A stretch of 64,000 nt of DNA from Minisyncoccota bacterium (GCA_041658325.1 JBBAAI010000001.1:27427-91426); one strand, 5' to 3'; positions 23,290 through 33,790 are shown, counted from the first letter of the stretch. Made by a program: numbers and translations. Notes: a model not told the origin generated them from the sequence alone.

Positions 23290-23970
23290 TTATTTGTTTA
23301 ATCTATCAATCTCAGCTTGGTAAATAGAACTATTTTGTGGATAAAGCTGTTTTGCATATTCCCATAAAGCGATAGCTTCAGCTTTTTGCCAGTTTCTTTC
23401 AGCTATCCCTGCAAAATGAGTTACTAAGTTTATTTTTGTCTGTGGATCTACCTTTGGAAGCCCTTCTTCGTAGATTCTCTTTAAATCAATAAAAGAAACA
23501 CTGGTTTTTTCATCTAGAAAAATCAACTTAGAATTCCAATACTCTGCGACAAAAGGGTTGAGTTTTATGGCGTTATCAATAGCAATTCTAGCCTTATCTA
23601 TGTTGTTTTGAGCACTATAGACAACAAAAAGCCCAGAATAAACTGTGTCTGTCTTATAATAAGACAAGGCTTCGTTGTAATATCCTATTGATTTATCATA
23701 TTCCCCCTTACCGAAAGCAGTGCGAGCATTCGTCATCGCCGTATTCCATTTAGCCTTTTTTATAGCTTCTTGGGCTTTAAATTCTTCAGAATTTGCCAAA
23801 TCTGCTTTATTTTGAGCATTTTCCTCGGCCGGAAGCAGAGAAGTATCTGTTTCCTCGGGAATTATATCTTCTGGCACTTCAGCCTTGTTTTTGTAATAGA
23901 AAATCCCTAAAATAATTAATAATAATCCAACAGTCACCATAATAATGCTAGTTTTTTGTTGTTTTTTCAT
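23290..23970 (-). CDS. membrane-anchored tetratricopeptide-repeat protein
   Basis: TPR-like helices (AIKLNPFVAEYWNSKL..., YYNEALSYYKTD...); start moved to MKKQQKT because upstream part overlaps terminator hairpin. Confidence 0.55.
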   Translation of the reverse strand: MKKQQKTSIIMVTVGLLLIILGIFYYKNKAEVPEDIIPEETDTSLLPAEENAQNKADLANSEEFKAQEAIKKAKWNTAMTNARTAFGKGEYDKSIGYYNEALSYYKTDTVYSGLFVVYSAQNNIDKARIAIDNAIKLNPFVAEYWNSKLIFLDEKTSVSFIDLKRIYEEGLPKVDPQTKINLVTHFAGIAERNWQKAEAIALWEYAKQLYPQNSSIYQAEIDRLNK

Positions 23971-24005
23971 ATTATTTCTATTATACAAAAAACTAAAACA
24001 AAAAA

Positions 24006-24021
24006 CCACCCCGAAGGGTGG
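24006..24021 (-). terminator. rho-independent terminator after 1120-aa surface protein gene
   Basis: aaaaaccacccc-gaa-gggtggttttttg. Confidence 0.65.
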
Positions 24022-24077
24022 TTTTTTGTTTGTGGAAAGATATTCGACCATCTATACCACAGTTTAGTTAATTAATA

Positions 24078-27000
24078 TTAACTAGGGAAGTTCAAGCTAC
24101 CTGAGATTGGAAGATTTCGAACACCGAAATCTGTTGTCCAGTCAACAGTATCCACTGTGTGACTAGCCGCAGACATATCTGACCAAACGATAGGAGCATC
24201 AGTATCGCCAGAAGCAATAATAGTAGTTGCGTCATCAAGAGCAACAACTGCTGAAGTATTGTCATTAGCAAGAGTTACTGTTACGTAATCACCAGCTGCG
24301 TTAGCAGCAGTAATTGTACCACGCAACTCATATGTCTTTGAACCTGAAATAACTTGTTCGGCGGTAGGAACAAACTTAATTGAACCTGTTGTAGCCACAT
24401 CTCCAGTTACTATACCAGTGTTGGTGAAAGTACCTGCAACAGGAACTCCTGTTGATGTATCCACTAGACTAATACCTGTTGTGGCATTAGTACCAGCAGC
24501 GGTGGTTCCATCGGCAGCTGTATCAAAGTACAACATAGCCCATGCTAGATCCCCACCAGTAGCTGTCATTGTGAATTTCAATAGAGTTTTTGAACCATTG
24601 ACAAGCACTGTATCAGTAAGAGGAACATTAGTAATTACTGGAATAGCAGCAAATGCGCTAGTTACAGCAGAAGTTGGATCGTTTTCTTGTGATTGACCAG
24701 CATCGTTAGCAGAAGCATCTGATACTCCACCAGTTACAGAAGTAAATACAGTTAACGCTGTAGCAAGGCTAGCTTCAGAAGTACCCGCAGCTACTCCGAT
24801 TGATCCAAGCTGTAGTTTTACAGTAAGAACCTTATAAGTATTAGCTGGTACTGGGAAGTTAAGACCAGAGAACGTTACTGAAGTAGTTCCGCCTGGAGCT
24901 GTGGCCAATAATGTTGCACCATCGTAAAGCATTACATTCTGAGCCACTGTTGCGCCTGAAGCAGTAAGAGTCAAAGTAACATCAGTGACAGTAAAGGCAC
25001 TGGTTACTGAAGAGAACTTGAATGCGCCAGAAGTTACAGTTTGGTTATCATAAGTAATACCTTTAGCTGGAGAAGAAGCATCTACTGTAGCAGTCAATGT
25101 AGCTGCAGCGTATGCAATATTTTGACCAGCTGTATCAGCACTGGTTGCGGTAATAGCTGTTCCGCTTGCAGAAGTACCGGTTACAGTAAGATCTGTAACG
25201 AATGCATCTGTTGCATCAATAGCATCTGTACCACCAGAAACACCAGCAACTTTATCAAGAGTGTCGTCTGCAAGATCTGCAAACAATTCAATTGTCAAAT
25301 TAGCATTCTTAAGAATGGTGTAATTGATTGAATAGTTAAGATCTGCTCCCGTACCACCAGTTGAAATAGGTGTAGGTTGAGCTACGACAGCACCAGAAGC
25401 ATCTTTCACAACTACGTAGATATTTGTCATATCACCTTCGTCAAATTCTGTTCCTACTGCCTCATCCACATCAAAGGAAAGAGTAGACAATAGAACATCT
25501 TCTACTGAAGAACCAGCAAGATTGTAAGAACCAATCTTGAAGTTATTTATTGGAAGGGTTGTAGTTTGATTAGTATATGTTCCGTTTTTTGTCAAAACTA
25601 CAGCTGTTGAAGCGATAGTCAACGTGTTTGAACCGACAGCAGAAGCTGGAGCACTAAATGAACCTAGAGAATCAACTCTTTGTGCATTTGAAGAACCAGG
25701 AGCTATCGTAGCATTGATCGTATCTGTGCCTGCTGAAATGCTATCTGTGCCATCATTATCAACGATGTCAGCACGCAATTCAAGCAAGATTGGAGTTCCA
25801 GGAACAACAGTATAATTCAAGGTGTATGAAGTATACGCTAGTGTTCCATGACTGTCTTCGTTCAAAGTAGCTGTTGAACCATATTGAGAACCATTAATTA
25901 AGATTCTTCCGTTTCTTAATTGAGTGATGTTAGCATCACTTGCAGTAAAGGTAGCTCTGATGGTTTCTAATTTAATAGATTCACCATAAGCTGTTACTTT
26001 GAATACTCCGATAACAGCATCGTTAGCAGCGTTTACAAGATTTGTTGAAGGTGATGAAACATCCTTAGCAATAGTCAAAGTACCACCCGCGGTTCCGCTG
26101 ATTGTGTTGGCGGTTACTGCTGTCCAAGGCAAAGCATTGCCTGTAAGAGCAGGGGTAATATTTACGCCAAAGCTTGAGTCAACAAAGTCAACATCAGCTG
26201 CGTTTCGAAGAGAGAATTGTATTGTACGTGATGCACCTGATACAACATCAGCATCCATGCGAAGCACGCGTGAGCCTGCTGCAAGTAATACTGGAGATGC
26301 GTTAAGGTCAAATGTTACATAACCGTTTGCGTCAACTCCGATAGCTGTACCAACTTGTACTCCATTTACATAAAGTTTGAAGTTTGCAAATGAAGCAGCT
26401 GGAGCAGAACCTACATTACGCAATGAAAGTCTTTTCATCCAAACATCTCTGTTTGAGATAGTAAGAGTTGATTGCCATAGTGTAATGTTTGCAGCAGGAT
26501 CGATTGTTGCTGCAGTAGGGGTAACTGTACCACCGGTAACTGTTGCAAGTGTTGCAGAAGCGACAGTGTGAATGTTTCCTGAAATATTTGCATTCGCAAC
26601 TGTACCACCTGTTACTGTAAACGTAGCGAGCATAAATCCTACAGTTTGACCTGAGGTAGAAGCCGCAATATCAGACTTTACAGCAATGGTCCTTGAACCA
26701 GCAACTGTAAATAATCCTGAAGCGTTGTTGAAAGTAACAGTACCGTTGCTTGCTACTGAAGCCGCATCTGTCAAACGAGTAGCCCCATCAAAGAGGTAAA
26801 CATTTGAAGGTGTTGTGTCAGCAGAAACACCGATTCTTTTTAGAGTTACGTTTGTGACTGTTCCAGTTCCAGTGAAAGCAAAGTGTGCGAGATCAGCGGT
26901 AGCTTGACCAGCAACCAATGTGCTAGAAGCAGGATTGTTTGCAGCAAGCGCTACTGATACAGGGCCACTGGATGTTACGGTTCCAGAACATGGTAAGCCA

Positions 27001-27440
27001 GTCGTAGCACTATATCCTACGGTTGATGTACAACCTGCAGGAAGTGTATTACTTACAGCATAACATGCTCCACCAGTTACAGGACTGTAGCCGGTAGCTG
27101 AAGTACAACCTTCAGGAGCAAAGCTTCCTGAAACAGTACCACTAGCTAACCAAACAGCTCGTGACTTGGGACCGAATATTCCATCGGCAACTAAGCCCTT
27201 AGCAGCTTGCCAAGATTTAACAGCAGCTTGGGTCTTTGGACCAAATTTGCCATCTGCGACAAGACCACCAAGTGATGTCTGAAGACATGAAACTTGAGTG
27301 CCTACTGAACCTACTCTTAATGTAACTGTGATTGAACAAGTTTCTGCTGCAGCTGGGGTTGCTTTAATAGCAACAACTCCAACGAACATAACTGCGACAA
27401 TCATAATTCCAAGAAGAAATTTTGATTTAAATTTACTCAT
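24078..27440 (-). CDS. giant (1120 aa) secreted/cell-surface protein: signal peptide, N-terminal PG-binding-like domain, long Thr/Ala/Val/Gly-rich beta-rich region
   Basis: N-terminus paralogous to 15938..17002 product (LRVGSVGTQVSCLQTSLGGLVADGKFGPKTQAAVKSWQ); low-complexity Ig-like composition. Confidence 0.65.
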   Translation of the reverse strand: MSKFKSKFLLGIMIVAVMFVGVVAIKATPAAAETCSITVTLRVGSVGTQVSCLQTSLGGLVADGKFGPKTQAAVKSWQAAKGLVADGIFGPKSRAVWLASGTVSGSFAPEGCTSATGYSPVTGGACYAVSNTLPAGCTSTVGYSATTGLPCSGTVTSSGPVSVALAANNPASSTLVAGQATADLAHFAFTGTGTVTNVTLKRIGVSADTTPSNVYLFDGATRLTDAASVASNGTVTFNNASGLFTVAGSRTIAVKSDIAASTSGQTVGFMLATFTVTGGTVANANISGNIHTVASATLATVTGGTVTPTAATIDPAANITLWQSTLTISNRDVWMKRLSLRNVGSAPAASFANFKLYVNGVQVGTAIGVDANGYVTFDLNASPVLLAAGSRVLRMDADVVSGASRTIQFSLRNAADVDFVDSSFGVNITPALTGNALPWTAVTANTISGTAGGTLTIAKDVSSPSTNLVNAANDAVIGVFKVTAYGESIKLETIRATFTASDANITQLRNGRILINGSQYGSTATLNEDSHGTLAYTSYTLNYTVVPGTPILLELRADIVDNDGTDSISAGTDTINATIAPGSSNAQRVDSLGSFSAPASAVGSNTLTIASTAVVLTKNGTYTNQTTTLPINNFKIGSYNLAGSSVEDVLLSTLSFDVDEAVGTEFDEGDMTNIYVVVKDASGAVVAQPTPISTGGTGADLNYSINYTILKNANLTIELFADLADDTLDKVAGVSGGTDAIDATDAFVTDLTVTGTSASGTAITATSADTAGQNIAYAAATLTATVDASSPAKGITYDNQTVTSGAFKFSSVTSAFTVTDVTLTLTASGATVAQNVMLYDGATLLATAPGGTTSVTFSGLNFPVPANTYKVLTVKLQLGSIGVAAGTSEASLATALTVFTSVTGGVSDASANDAGQSQENDPTSAVTSAFAAIPVITNVPLTDTVLVNGSKTLLKFTMTATGGDLAWAMLYFDTAADGTTAAGTNATTGISLVDTSTGVPVAGTFTNTGIVTGDVATTGSIKFVPTAEQVISGSKTYELRGTITAANAAGDYVTVTLANDNTSAVVALDDATTIIASGDTDAPIVWSDMSAASHTVDTVDWTTDFGVRNLPISGSLNFPS

Positions 27441-27977
27441 AATTTTTTTCTAATTTCTACGCCATTAATTAGTTTCGACAAAACTAAAAGCGTATTTTTT
27501 CTTATCATTATTTCCATCCACCAATAACTAATAAAATATAATAATGGAGCGGATAAAAAATAATGAACAGAGATAAACTAACATTGAAAATAAAACAACT
27601 TATTTAATTTTCAATGGGCATTTATTTCCACCCGGGTCTTCCTTGAAATTTTTTCGACGAAATCGCAAGCAAGAATCGAAGTGAAAACAAATATAATTTG
27701 CGAATATAGAATACACAGACGTGTACTCTGTAAACACAATAACATTATAATATAGTCGTATAGACTACGACAATACATTATGTGGATAACTCTGATATTT
27801 GCTGAGCAAAATCAGAGTCCGAACTTGTGTCGTACCACCTAATTATTAAGACGTAAGAATGCCTCAAAAATTTCATGCTACGCACGAAGAACGAGATAAA
27901 CTCCACATACCCATATTCTCACACTTTTTATCAAAATGCAACCCACGCAAATACAACATTTTAGATGAATAGATAAT

Positions 27978-28883
27978 TTATTTGATGAAATATCTGCTCC
28001 AACGTTTCTCCCCCGTTTTATTAAGGACACCGTCTTTTACCATAGAAACCAATTCTCTTTGAAGAGTCTTTTCCCCACAAGAAGACAATGACCCATATGC
28101 CCCATTTTTTATGTCCGTTATGGTAGCGTTCCCTCCATTCTTTTGTATAAGATTGGTTATTTCATTTCGTCTTTGTTTCTTTAATATATCAAAACTCTCC
28201 GTAGCAATATGTTTTATTTTTCTATCGTACCCGTCTATCGGACGTGAAGACACCTTGATTCCACTTAGCGCTTTCATGAGAGTATTCCCCTTTTGGACAC
28301 CAATGCTAGTAGACTGATGATGTCCGATAGAATTAAATTTTTTATCAGACTTATTAAAAGAAACATCATTCGTTAATGGTAATTCTTCTCTTAAAAAATC
28401 CACTAGGTTTATTTGTCTATTTATCCCCTTAACTCTGCCCGTAGATTCTTCGATTGATCGATTTAATTCTAAAAACTCTTTTCTAAGAATATTACAGTTC
28501 ATCTCAGAAATAACATAAACAGCAGAAGCAATATCTAAAAAGGACATTATCTCTGCTATTCTCCTACAAGCATCAGATGGAGAAAAATTCATGTCCGAGA
28601 TAATTTCCGTCCCTAGTGTCCTTAATTTATTTCTGAGCGGTTCATCTTTGTCTATTATGTCCGTAACCATATAAAGAGCCGTAATGAGTTTATTTGTTTT
28701 TGTATAAGAAATAGAAATAGGGGTGTCCTTTATGGTTATGTCCGAGTTGGATGATAGGTCCTTGAGGTTTTTTTCTTCCCTAAACATCTGTCCATTATAT
28801 ATAGGACAGGGAAAAAAGCAACTACTTTTATTAAGAACGAAAACAAAGTTTTTAAGGGGTTTTGAGCGCGACGGCCCGAGCAT
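27978..28883 (-). CDS. hypothetical protein with C-terminal winged-helix-like DNA-binding region (true start probably MFREEK... near 28787)
   Basis: 301 aa ORF; C-terminal KTLQRELVSMVKDGVLNKTGEKRWSRYF resembles wHTH tails of Fic-type or AAA-regulator proteins; N-terminal part unrecognised. Confidence 0.4.
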   Translation of the reverse strand: MLGPSRSKPLKNFVFVLNKSSCFFPCPIYNGQMFREEKNLKDLSSNSDITIKDTPISISYTKTNKLITALYMVTDIIDKDEPLRNKLRTLGTEIISDMNFSPSDACRRIAEIMSFLDIASAVYVISEMNCNILRKEFLELNRSIEESTGRVKGINRQINLVDFLREELPLTNDVSFNKSDKKFNSIGHHQSTSIGVQKGNTLMKALSGIKVSSRPIDGYDRKIKHIATESFDILKKQRRNEITNLIQKNGGNATITDIKNGAYGSLSSCGEKTLQRELVSMVKDGVLNKTGEKRWSRYFIK

Positions 28884-28975
28884 AGCAAATTTCCAACAGG
28901 AAATTATGTGCGCATTTTAAAAATTCATTCTTAATTTTCGGCAGGTTAAATAAAATTATGTTAAAATAACTTTAT

Positions 28976-31168
28976 ATGGCAAAAAATGAAGGTAGTAAAA
29001 AAAATAATATAAATTATAAGAGAGTTCCTTCAGGATTAAAAACCGAAACTAAACATGGAATCATCGCAGTAGCATTTTTTGTTTTTGCAATATTTTTCCT
29101 AATGTCTTATTTTGATTTAGCGGGAAAAGCAGGAACGTTCGTTTATGAAAAACTTTATCTTCTGCTCGGTATCGGGTATGGCCTCCTTCCAGCTCTTTTT
29201 ATTTTACTGGGGACCTCTTTTATAAAATCAGAAGTGCCAGACATCGGCTGGACACGCACCGTAAGTGGAATAATGTTTCTACTATCAGGATTGGGAATCA
29301 TAGATATCGCTTCAGGCACTCATGCTGGTGGATTTTTTGGAGAAATTTTATCAATACCATTTGTCTCTCTCTTTGATGTATATGTGAGTCTTGTCTTTCT
29401 AGGCGCAATTTTAATAATTTCGATATTGATAATGTTTGATGCAAAATTAAACCTCGCCCCATTTTTTCTAAAAATTTGGTCATTTTTAAAGAAAAAAGAA
29501 AAACCTACTTCTTTAAACGAAGCTGAAATAACTGAAGTAGAAAAATCAATACCAGAAGAAGAGGAAGAAACTACTGGAGAGAAAATCAAAAATGCTTTAG
29601 GCGTCGGAAAAAAGAAAAAAGTGGAAGAGGAGGAAGAGGAAGAAATGCCAATCAAAAAGAGAAAGGGTGGTCTAGTTTCTACTTATGTCCCTCCCCCGCT
29701 ATCATTACTAGAAGAAGATAAAGGTAAACCAAATACTGGCGACATCAAGGCCAATGCAAATATTATCAAACGCACTCTCGCAAACTTTGGCATCGAAGTG
29801 GAGATGGATGAAATAACTATCGGTCCGACTGTTACTCGTTATGCCCTAAAACCAGCCGAGGGAGTGAAACTTTCTCGCATCGTAGGTCTCCAAAACGACT
29901 TGGCTCTTTCTCTAGCCGCGCACCCTATCCGCATAGAAGCACCGATTCCGGGCAAATCTTTGGTAGGTATTGAAATTCCAAATAAATCCAAATCTATCGT
30001 CGGCCTCGCTACTCTTCTTTCAGATGAAAAATTTACAAATTCTCCAAAACCGCTAACGACAGCCCTCGGTCGTTCTATTTCTGGCAAAGCCGTGTTCGGC
30101 AATTTAGCCAAGATGCCTCATATGCTCGTCGCTGGAACAACTGGCTCCGGAAAATCAGTAACGATACACTCTATGATTACTTCCCTCTTATATAGAAATG
30201 GACCAGATGATTTGAAATTTATATTGATAGATCCAAAACGAGTAGAACTTACTCTTTACAATAACATCCCGCACTTGCTTACTCCTGTGATAACAGAAGC
30301 GAAAAAGACAATCCTAGCCTTAAAATGGGCCGCTAAAGAAATGGACCGTCGTTATGATATTTTAGAAGCAGAATCTGTACGAGACATAGAGTCTTATCAC
30401 AACAACGTCTTTAATAAAAACCCAAAGAAAATGAAGACAAATAGCGACGGAGTTGAAGAAGAAATAAATGCTGATCGCCTACCTTATATCATCATTATCA
30501 TAGATGAATTAGCAGATATCATGAGCACTTACCCAAGAGAGCTAGAGTCTGCCATCGTGCGTCTAGCCCAAATGTCTAGAGCAGTGGGTATTCATTTAAT
30601 ACTTTCTACTCAACGACCAGAAGTAAATGTCATTACTGGATTAATCAAAGCTAACATCCCCGCTCGAGTAGCCCTAAAAGTATCTTCGCAAGTAGATTCA
30701 CGCACAATATTGGATGCGGGTGGAGCAGAAAAGCTTTTAGGTGCTGGTGATATGCTTTACTCTTCGGGCGAAGCTCAACCAGAACGTCTTCAAAGCGCAT
30801 TTATTTCAGAGGGAGAAGTAAAAAAAGTTGTAAAATATCTTGCCGATACTTATAGAGATGAAGTATCTGAAGAGATAACCTTAACCTCGGGTTCTATCGG
30901 AGCAGATAAAAGTATTTTTGAAAGTACTTTAGACGATGAAGAGGAAGATGATGACGAAATGTATGAGGAAGCTCGAATTTGTGTGACAGAGGCTGGTAAA
31001 GCATCAACTTCTTATCTTCAAAGAAAATTAAAACTTGGTTATGCAAGGGCAGCCCGACTAATGGATAAATTAGAAGAACGTGGAGTAATCGGCCCGGGAG
31101 ATGGCGCCAAACCTAGAGAAGTACTAGAGAAGATAGAACGTACAGAGACTGGAGAAAATATAATATAA
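28976..31168 (+). CDS. ftsK: DNA translocase FtsK/SpoIIIE
   Basis: 730 aa, N-terminal TM domain, acidic linker, Walker A GTTGSGKSV, gamma domain at C-terminus. Confidence 0.9.
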   Translation: MAKNEGSKKNNINYKRVPSGLKTETKHGIIAVAFFVFAIFFLMSYFDLAGKAGTFVYEKLYLLLGIGYGLLPALFILLGTSFIKSEVPDIGWTRTVSGIMFLLSGLGIIDIASGTHAGGFFGEILSIPFVSLFDVYVSLVFLGAILIISILIMFDAKLNLAPFFLKIWSFLKKKEKPTSLNEAEITEVEKSIPEEEEETTGEKIKNALGVGKKKKVEEEEEEEMPIKKRKGGLVSTYVPPPLSLLEEDKGKPNTGDIKANANIIKRTLANFGIEVEMDEITIGPTVTRYALKPAEGVKLSRIVGLQNDLALSLAAHPIRIEAPIPGKSLVGIEIPNKSKSIVGLATLLSDEKFTNSPKPLTTALGRSISGKAVFGNLAKMPHMLVAGTTGSGKSVTIHSMITSLLYRNGPDDLKFILIDPKRVELTLYNNIPHLLTPVITEAKKTILALKWAAKEMDRRYDILEAESVRDIESYHNNVFNKNPKKMKTNSDGVEEEINADRLPYIIIIIDELADIMSTYPRELESAIVRLAQMSRAVGIHLILSTQRPEVNVITGLIKANIPARVALKVSSQVDSRTILDAGGAEKLLGAGDMLYSSGEAQPERLQSAFISEGEVKKVVKYLADTYRDEVSEEITLTSGSIGADKSIFESTLDDEEEDDDEMYEEARICVTEAGKASTSYLQRKLKLGYARAARLMDKLEERGVIGPGDGAKPREVLEKIERTETGENII

Positions 31169-31172
31169 CGGG

Positions 31173-31526
31173 ATGAACAACAACGCAAAAAAGATAGTAA
31201 AGATAACTGGACTTTCTCTTTTTTTTATTTTAATTATTATTTATGCTTTTTTTGTTTCTAAAGATTTAATCTTTGGAGTAAAAATTAAAAATGTAAATCT
31301 TATAGATGGTTCTACGGTTACAGAAAATGTAGTAAAAATAACTGGAAATGCGAAAAATGCGATTAATTTAACCCTAAATGGACGAGAGATTTCTGTAGAT
31401 CAACAAGGCAATTTTAATGAAACAATTGCGCTTCTTTTGGGATATAATATAATCAACATCAAAGCCAAAGATGAATTTGGATATGTGGATGAAAAAAATT
31501 ATAAATTAATGTACAAAGAGCAATAA
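31173..31526 (+). CDS. small membrane-anchored hypothetical protein
   Basis: 117 aa, one TM then beta-rich domain. Confidence 0.4.
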   Translation: MNNNAKKIVKITGLSLFFILIIIYAFFVSKDLIFGVKIKNVNLIDGSTVTENVVKITGNAKNAINLTLNGREISVDQQGNFNETIALLLGYNIINIKAKDEFGYVDEKNYKLMYKEQ

Positions 31527-31536
31527 TTACTTTTAT

Positions 31537-31581
31537 TCAGGTCCTCGGTTCTCTGGGTCCCCTACCCCAGCCAGACCATTC
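31537..31581. repeat. GC-rich 45-nt dispersed repeat copy (recA upstream region)
   Basis: tcaggtcctcggttctctgggtcccctaccccagccagaccattc = reverse complement of 47174..47218 with one mismatch. Confidence 0.8.
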
Positions 31582-31612
31582 ATAAAAGCAATTATTCCTC
31601 TTTTAAAAAACA

Positions 31613-32671
31613 ATGCAAAAAAAGAAAGAAAAAAAAGAAGACAAAGCAGTAGGCGGAGCAGTATTGAATGACACACTAAAAGCTATTCAGACAAAATTCG
31701 GAGAAGGTTCAATAATGAAATTTGGAGATTCACCAAAAGTAAACATAAGTGTCATCCCGACTGGCTCCATCGGGCTTGATATGGCGCTCGGTATCGGCGG
31801 AATTCCTCGAGGCAGAATTATTGAAATATTTGGGCCAGAATCTTCTGGTAAAACAACTCTCTCCCTACACATCGTAGCTGAAGCACAAAAACTCGGCGGA
31901 GTTTGTGCATACATAGATGCCGAACACGCGATGGATCCTGATTATACGAAGAAACTCGGAGTAAATATAAACGACTTACTCATTTCTCAACCAGACAACG
32001 GAGAACAAGCTTTAGAAATAGTAGAATCTTTGGTGCGAACTGGAAAAATTGATGTTATTGTGGTGGATTCTGTGGCCGCCCTTACTCCGAAAGATGAAAT
32101 CGAGGGTGATATGGGAGCCTACCATGTCGGAAAACAGGCGCGTCTGATGTCCCAAGCGCTCCGCAAGCTCACGGCCATCGTAGCTCGATCTAAAACTGTT
32201 GTTATTTTTATAAATCAAATCCGTATGCAAATCGGAGTAATGTTCGGCAATCCAGAAACTACTCCGGGAGGAAAGGCTTTAAAATTTTATACTTCCGTAC
32301 GACTTGATATACGTAAAATCGCCCAAATCAAAAAGGGAGAAGAAATCGTTGGTAGTCGTACTCGCGTGAAAGTAGTAAAAAATAAAGTGGCCGCTCCATT
32401 TAAACAAACAGAATTTGACATTATTTACAATGAAGGTATTTCCAAAGAGGGAGAGATCATGGCCTTGGGTGAGAAGTTTAAGATTATTGAAAAAACTGGA
32501 AATTCATATTTCTACCTGCCTGCGCAGACAGGTACACCAGGCGGAGAAGCAAAGGAAAAAATAAAATTGGGAGTAGGTTATGATTCTACTCGAACCTTCT
32601 TAAAAGAAAATGAAAAAATTTCTAAGGAAATTCTAAAAGAAATTCGTAAAAAATTCGCCGAAGAAGCGTAA
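31613..32671 (+). CDS. recA: recombinase RecA
   Basis: 352 aa, Walker [11 protein letters not shown], full RecA pattern. Confidence 0.95.
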   Translation: MQKKKEKKEDKAVGGAVLNDTLKAIQTKFGEGSIMKFGDSPKVNISVIPTGSIGLDMALGIGGIPRGRIIEIFGPESSGKTTLSLHIVAEAQKLGGVCAYIDAEHAMDPDYTKKLGVNINDLLISQPDNGEQALEIVESLVRTGKIDVIVVDSVAALTPKDEIEGDMGAYHVGKQARLMSQALRKLTAIVARSKTVVIFINQIRMQIGVMFGNPETTPGGKALKFYTSVRLDIRKIAQIKKGEEIVGSRTRVKVVKNKVAAPFKQTEFDIIYNEGISKEGEIMALGEKFKIIEKTGNSYFYLPAQTGTPGGEAKEKIKLGVGYDSTRTFLKENEKISKEILKEIRKKFAEEA

Positions 32672-32673
32672 AA

Positions 32674-33216
32674 ATGAAAACTGAGGAAAAAATTACAACT
32701 GATCATATTATCGATACACCATATATTGGTTATAGTAGTGTTTCTGGTTTGGATTATTTTAAAACAGCTACTTCTTGCGGAATTTGCGCAGTCGGAATGA
32801 TTTTGTCTTTACAAAAAATTCCAGTGAATATAAATAGTTTAATTGAAAATGGACATAATAATGGTGGGTTCACGCCCCTTGGCTGGCTACACAGTTATTT
32901 AGTTGGATTGTTGCAAGAAAATGGCTTGAATTATGCAAGATTAGAGAATTGTCCGATAGAACAGTCTCTTCAGCAAATCAAGGAAGGCATTTTGGATGGA
33001 GGTCCTGTTATCGTTTCGGTAAACAAACTATGCCTTGAGCAAATTAGTTTTCATATTGTGCTTATCGTTGGAATCAAAATTAATCCCGATAAGTCCATCG
33101 CGGGATTTTTCTATCATGACCCGGCAGCTTCAACTAAAGAAAACGGATCATTACACTTCGTCTCAGTTGAAAACTTTATTAAATTCTGGAGAAAAATGAT
33201 GATCACAAAAATATAA
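32674..33216 (+). CDS. C39-like (papain-fold) cysteine peptidase domain protein, paralog 1
   Basis: Cys in SCGICAVGMIL, His in FHIVLIVG, YHDPA: arrangement of Peptidase_C39_2-like domains. Confidence 0.45.
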   Translation: MKTEEKITTDHIIDTPYIGYSSVSGLDYFKTATSCGICAVGMILSLQKIPVNINSLIENGHNNGGFTPLGWLHSYLVGLLQENGLNYARLENCPIEQSLQQIKEGILDGGPVIVSVNKLCLEQISFHIVLIVGIKINPDKSIAGFFYHDPAASTKENGSLHFVSVENFIKFWRKMMITKI

Positions 33217-33220
33217 ACTT

Positions 33221-33790
33221 ATGCAAGAAAATATTGGAGTACGTAGAGATAAAAAAGAAGTGGGTCCCTATTACACAAACGTAGAATATCAGTCGCAATA
33301 TTTAGATATTGGAGACAAGATGGATGCCCTAACGGCTTGTGGCATTACTTGCCTTTATATAACAATAAAAACATTCAAAACAGATACTGAAATACCTGGG
33401 CTAGAAGAAATAGTCACAAAAGGAAAAGAAGATCCGAAGGGATACATTCCCAAAATAGGCTGGGTTCATCAATATTTCGTCGATACAGCAAAAAAATACG
33501 GTCTCGATGCTTACAGAAAATCCCCTTTTAGTGTAGAGGAAATTAAAAATGAATTAGACAATGGAAAATTGATTATTTCTTCTTGCGATAGAAAATTTCT
33601 TGGCAGAACAGTATCTACTCACATGATTGTCGTTACCGGATATAGTCCTGCTGGATTTTATTATGTAGATCCAGCTTCTATTACCAAAGAACAACAAAAA
33701 GACCACTATCTCGCCACCTACGAGGATTTTGAAAAAGACTACAATAACCGCTCCATAATAATCGGCCTACCAAAAGATAATATTAAATAA
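33221..33790 (+). CDS. C39-like cysteine peptidase domain protein, paralog 2
   Basis: ACGITCLYI, THMIVVTGYS, YYVDPAS; tandem paralog of preceding gene. Confidence 0.45.
   Translation: MQENIGVRRDKKEVGPYYTNVEYQSQYLDIGDKMDALTACGITCLYITIKTFKTDTEIPGLEEIVTKGKEDPKGYIPKIGWVHQYFVDTAKKYGLDAYRKSPFSVEEIKNELDNGKLIISSCDRKFLGRTVSTHMIVVTGYSPAGFYYVDPASITKEQQKDHYLATYEDFEKDYNNRSIIIGLPKDNIK

Noticed and set aside
24418-26571. Multiple plus-strand ORFs antisense to the 1120-aa surface protein gene (and similarly antisense ORFs within secD, ileS, argS, glyA, recJ etc.)
   Set aside because: All are embedded antisense in longer, motif-bearing genes. They have low-complexity translations and are treated as artefacts.
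27781-27789. Perfect DnaA box TTATCCACA in a 540-bp AT-rich spacer as a possible oriC
   Set aside because: There is only one perfect box in the spacer. No dnaA/dnaN is nearby, and gene orientation does not switch cleanly here. The same motif recurs upstream of other genes, so a promoter/operator role is more plausible. Origin status cannot be assessed without genome-wide GC skew.
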